Shown here: positions 36,362 through 38,829 of the stretch, piece by piece
Layout of the letters: the number at the start of each line of letters is the position of its first letter
How positions within the stretch are numbered: position 1 is the stretch's first letter
Source of the DNA: a virus
Taxonomy: Duplodnaviria > Caudoviricetes
Direction: 5' to 3' (one strand)
DNA length: 38,829 bases
IMG/VR virus record: IMGVR_UViG_3300020395_000036
Coordinates: 1-38,829 of that record
Notes under the pieces: model-generated
The model's input: the letters and a program-made list of their open reading frames with translations, nothing else
Databases searched by the model: none
Told to the model about the DNA's origin: nothing
Translations under genes and position numbers: made by a program

Positions 36362-38677
36362 ATGGACAATATTAGAGTAAAGAAAGAATCTTTATCGGAT
36401 TGGAGATCTCAATTTGAAATAAAAGAAGATCAGGTTGATGAAGGTATTGTAGATTCTATTAAAGATAAACTTAACTTTGTTAAACACACAAAGGATACTG
36501 TTGACAAATATAATAATAAATTGAGAAAAAATGCTGATGCAATTAACGAGATAATACCTGGTACAGCAAAAGTAAGTGAAGAAGTTGAAGGTGGTATAAG
36601 TGTACAGAATTATGCTGATGGCGTTCAGTTTAATGAAATAGAGACTGTAGATATAATTAAGGCAGAACCACTTAATTCTTCTAATTGGAGAAATGAATTA
36701 GATATTTTGGGTGAAGGTAATAGAACAAGATATAAGGGAATTTCTATATCTGGTTCAGGTAATAAGAAAGATATGTCTAAGGGACCAAATGAAAAGGCAC
36801 TTATAGATTATACAAAGATTCAAGCAAAAGCAGATAAAAAGAAAGAAGTAGTTGCTGCTTCACATGAAGTAGAAGGTGATCTTGTTGATGAAGGATTAGT
36901 AAGAGGTGCTCTTCAAGGTGCTGGACTACTATGGAAATTAGGTAAATGGGCGATTCCAAAAGCAGCTAGAGCATTAAGAAATAAAGGTGCTGCTGATATA
37001 AACAAGTTTAAAAAGTCTCAGGAATTAGTTAAAAGAGTTAATAATATTGAAAAGATAAGAGCAACAAAGTCTCTAAAAGGTACTGATGTAAAAGGTGTTT
37101 TTACTAAGAGTAAGGTAAAACCAGGACTTAATAAAGTAAACTGGCAATCCACAGTTCCTGTAGTATCAAATAGAGTATCTACAACATCAAGTAGAGCATT
37201 AACTGGTGGTGTTGAAACTGCTAAAAAAATTGGTAGTAAAGTTACAAAAGTAAAAAGACAAAAGATTACTGCAAAAGCACAGGAAGTATTAGATAAAATT
37301 AAGAGTGGTAAAAAACTTCAGAGTAGAATGGATGCAGCAGTATCTACTTCTAGAAAACCAGGCACTCTTTCCCAGAGAACAGATGATCTTATTGCTAGAA
37401 TAAGAGCAGATAAAGGAAGTGCTATAGTTAAATCTCAAAAAGGGTCTTTAGCAACTCAAAAATCACGGGCATTAACTAAATTACAGAATAGATCGTCTTC
37501 TATTACCACCACACCATCTTCTAGTGTAACTAGAACTTCAGGTTCAAGTATAACTAAAACTCCAAATACAAAGGCTAGTAATGCTACTGTTGATGTTAAA
37601 GCAACAACAGTTAAACAAGATTTAAAATCAGCTAAACCATATTCTGCTAAGAGAGAATATGCCAAAGGTTGGATGAGATATAATAAAGCAGCAAGTGCTA
37701 CTTTAAGAGCAGATAAAGCATCAGCAATAGCAAGAACTGCTGCTTCTGGTCTGGTTGGTTTAACTGTAGGTGGAAAAGTAGGACAGGACTTGGGTAAATC
37801 TAAAGATACTACAAAAGATTTATCTTTAGAAAAAGATAAGAAAGAGTTAGATACATTAAAGAAAAAGGATAAGGTTGAAACGAAAACATCAAAGGCAACA
37901 CCAGAGATTAAAAAAGAAACACCAAAAGTAACACCAGAGATTAAAAAAGAAACACCAGAGATTAAAAAAGAAACACCAAAGGTAGCACCAGCACCAGATC
38001 AAAAAGATCCACCAAATGAAAATAAAGCAATTATTGATACAGAAAAGAAAGAAGTTAATCCTGAGAAAAATCCAGAAGTTAAAGTTATAAAATCTTCACC
38101 AAAGGATAAATCATCTACAGAAGATTCTGAAAAATCTGCTTGGTTACATAAGACTAGAAATAGTCCAGCAGCAAAATCTGGTAAATTTAGTGATGATCAA
38201 AGATGGGAAACTCAAAAGAAACATCGTAAATGGAAAGCGGATAGAAAAAAGAAAAGAGAAGTTAGTGAAGGTGCTGTTACTGCAGTAAGAGTTGCTTCTA
38301 AAATCCCTTGGAGGAACGTACTTGGTGGTGTATCTGCACTAACAGGTTTATCTGGAATGGTTCATCAATCTAGACAAGATGCTTTACCTGATGGAGATAT
38401 TCCTGCTGATATTAAAAAGCAAATGGAGGATGACGACTCTATTGAAAATTCAGCAAATATACCTGGTGTCAATATAGGCAGACCAGATTTAGAGAAGCAT
38501 ATGGGTACTAAGGAAAAACCTAAAGCAATGAAAGATAAGTATGATAAGGATGCTCTTAAAAATTCTCCTAAAGATCAAGATATATTAGATGCTAATAATT
38601 TGAAGGGAACTGAAAAGGCAAAAAGAATGCTAGAAATAGCAAGAAAATACAATAAGAAAAATAAGGACAAAAAATAA
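36362..38677 (+). CDS. Lys-rich, largely low-complexity protein; candidate internal head polyprotein
   Basis: 771-aa ORF after gp16; repeated S[DN]WR..[FL] motifs and V/L-x-E-G sites; no catalytic motif recognised. Confidence 0.75.
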   Translation: MDNIRVKKESLSDWRSQFEIKEDQVDEGIVDSIKDKLNFVKHTKDTVDKYNNKLRKNADAINEIIPGTAKVSEEVEGGISVQNYADGVQFNEIETVDIIKAEPLNSSNWRNELDILGEGNRTRYKGISISGSGNKKDMSKGPNEKALIDYTKIQAKADKKKEVVAASHEVEGDLVDEGLVRGALQGAGLLWKLGKWAIPKAARALRNKGAADINKFKKSQELVKRVNNIEKIRATKSLKGTDVKGVFTKSKVKPGLNKVNWQSTVPVVSNRVSTTSSRALTGGVETAKKIGSKVTKVKRQKITAKAQEVLDKIKSGKKLQSRMDAAVSTSRKPGTLSQRTDDLIARIRADKGSAIVKSQKGSLATQKSRALTKLQNRSSSITTTPSSSVTRTSGSSITKTPNTKASNATVDVKATTVKQDLKSAKPYSAKREYAKGWMRYNKAASATLRADKASAIARTAASGLVGLTVGGKVGQDLGKSKDTTKDLSLEKDKKELDTLKKKDKVETKTSKATPEIKKETPKVTPEIKKETPEIKKETPKVAPAPDQKDPPNENKAIIDTEKKEVNPEKNPEVKVIKSSPKDKSSTEDSEKSAWLHKTRNSPAAKSGKFSDDQRWETQKKHRKWKADRKKKREVSEGAVTAVRVASKIPWRNVLGGVSALTGLSGMVHQSRQDALPDGDIPADIKKQMEDDDSIENSANIPGVNIGRPDLEKHMGTKEKPKAMKDKYDKDALKNSPKDQDILDANNLKGTEKAKRMLEIARKYNKKNKDKK
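37898..37984 (+). repeat. intragenic tandem repeat (21-nt unit x3, 12-nt unit x2)
   Basis: acaccagagattaaaaaagaa at 37898, 37931 and 37952; acaccaaa[a/g]gta at 37919 and 37973; encodes TPEIKKE and TPKV. Confidence 0.9.
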
Positions 38678-38829
38678 ATGAAAATATTATCTGCTGAAAC
38701 AAATCTAGGATCTGCCACTAATGTTAGTAACGCCCCTGTTGTAAGACTTTTTAATAGTGGTTCTTCTAATATCCTTGTAACTAGAAAGGATTATAATGCT
38801 GTAGTCGTAGGATCTTTTATGGTTCCTTC
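38678..38829 (+). CDS. partial hypothetical (probably virion) protein, cut by the window end
   Basis: ATG directly after the TAA of the previous gene: MKILSAETNLGSATNVSNAPVVRLFNSGSSNILVTRKDYNAVVVGSFMVP..., open to the edge. Confidence 0.7.
   Translation, partial: MKILSAETNLGSATNVSNAPVVRLFNSGSSNILVTRKDYNAVVVGSFMVP

Noticed and set aside
7625-37665. Many 60-164 aa minus-strand ORFs (and 19452..19634 +) inside structural genes
   Set aside because: Shadow frames caused by the strong T/A-ending codon bias of the sense genes; no independent signals
37898-37984. CRISPR-like array
   Set aside because: In-frame coding repeats without unique spacers; no cas genes
1-38829. tRNA/rRNA genes or genetic-code reassignment
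   Set aside because: No cloverleaf or rRNA-like segments seen; TAA, TAG and TGA all terminate well-supported genes

Overview
The window comes from an AT-rich T4-like myovirus genome, and every real gene is on the + strand. Gene order and the accessory genes fit a marine cyanomyovirus (Kyanoviridae-like). A Prochlorococcus-type host is an inference from low GC and gene content. Positions 1-3009 hold the end of a non-structural region: small ORFs, an unannotated AbrB/MazE-like ORF, two 2OG-Fe(II) oxygenases, a GT-A glycosyltransferase-like gene, two sigma70-type promoters and a structured GC-rich non-coding block. A T4-type late promoter (TATAAATA) at 3019 starts the virion module: gp25, gp6, a giant 5177-aa gp7, gp8, a 2534-aa VrlC-like protein, small ORFs, a fibre-like protein, gp13, gp14, gp15 and gp16. 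A 771-aa Lys-rich protein and a partial ORF follow. Notable observations: (1) nine copies of a ~100-aa domain in gp7 are nested inside one another, with circular permutation and a 53-nt exact DNA repeat between two copies; (2) the 771-aa protein looks like a prohead-protease-processed polyprotein that would release amphipathic N-termini; (3) a 66-aa ORF starts with a T4 capsid-targeting-like sequence; (4) an oxygenase + glycosyltransferase cluster abuts the structural operon; (5) four complete short genes and one truncated gene are missing from the ORF track. All calls rest on motif recognition and synteny; no searches were run.
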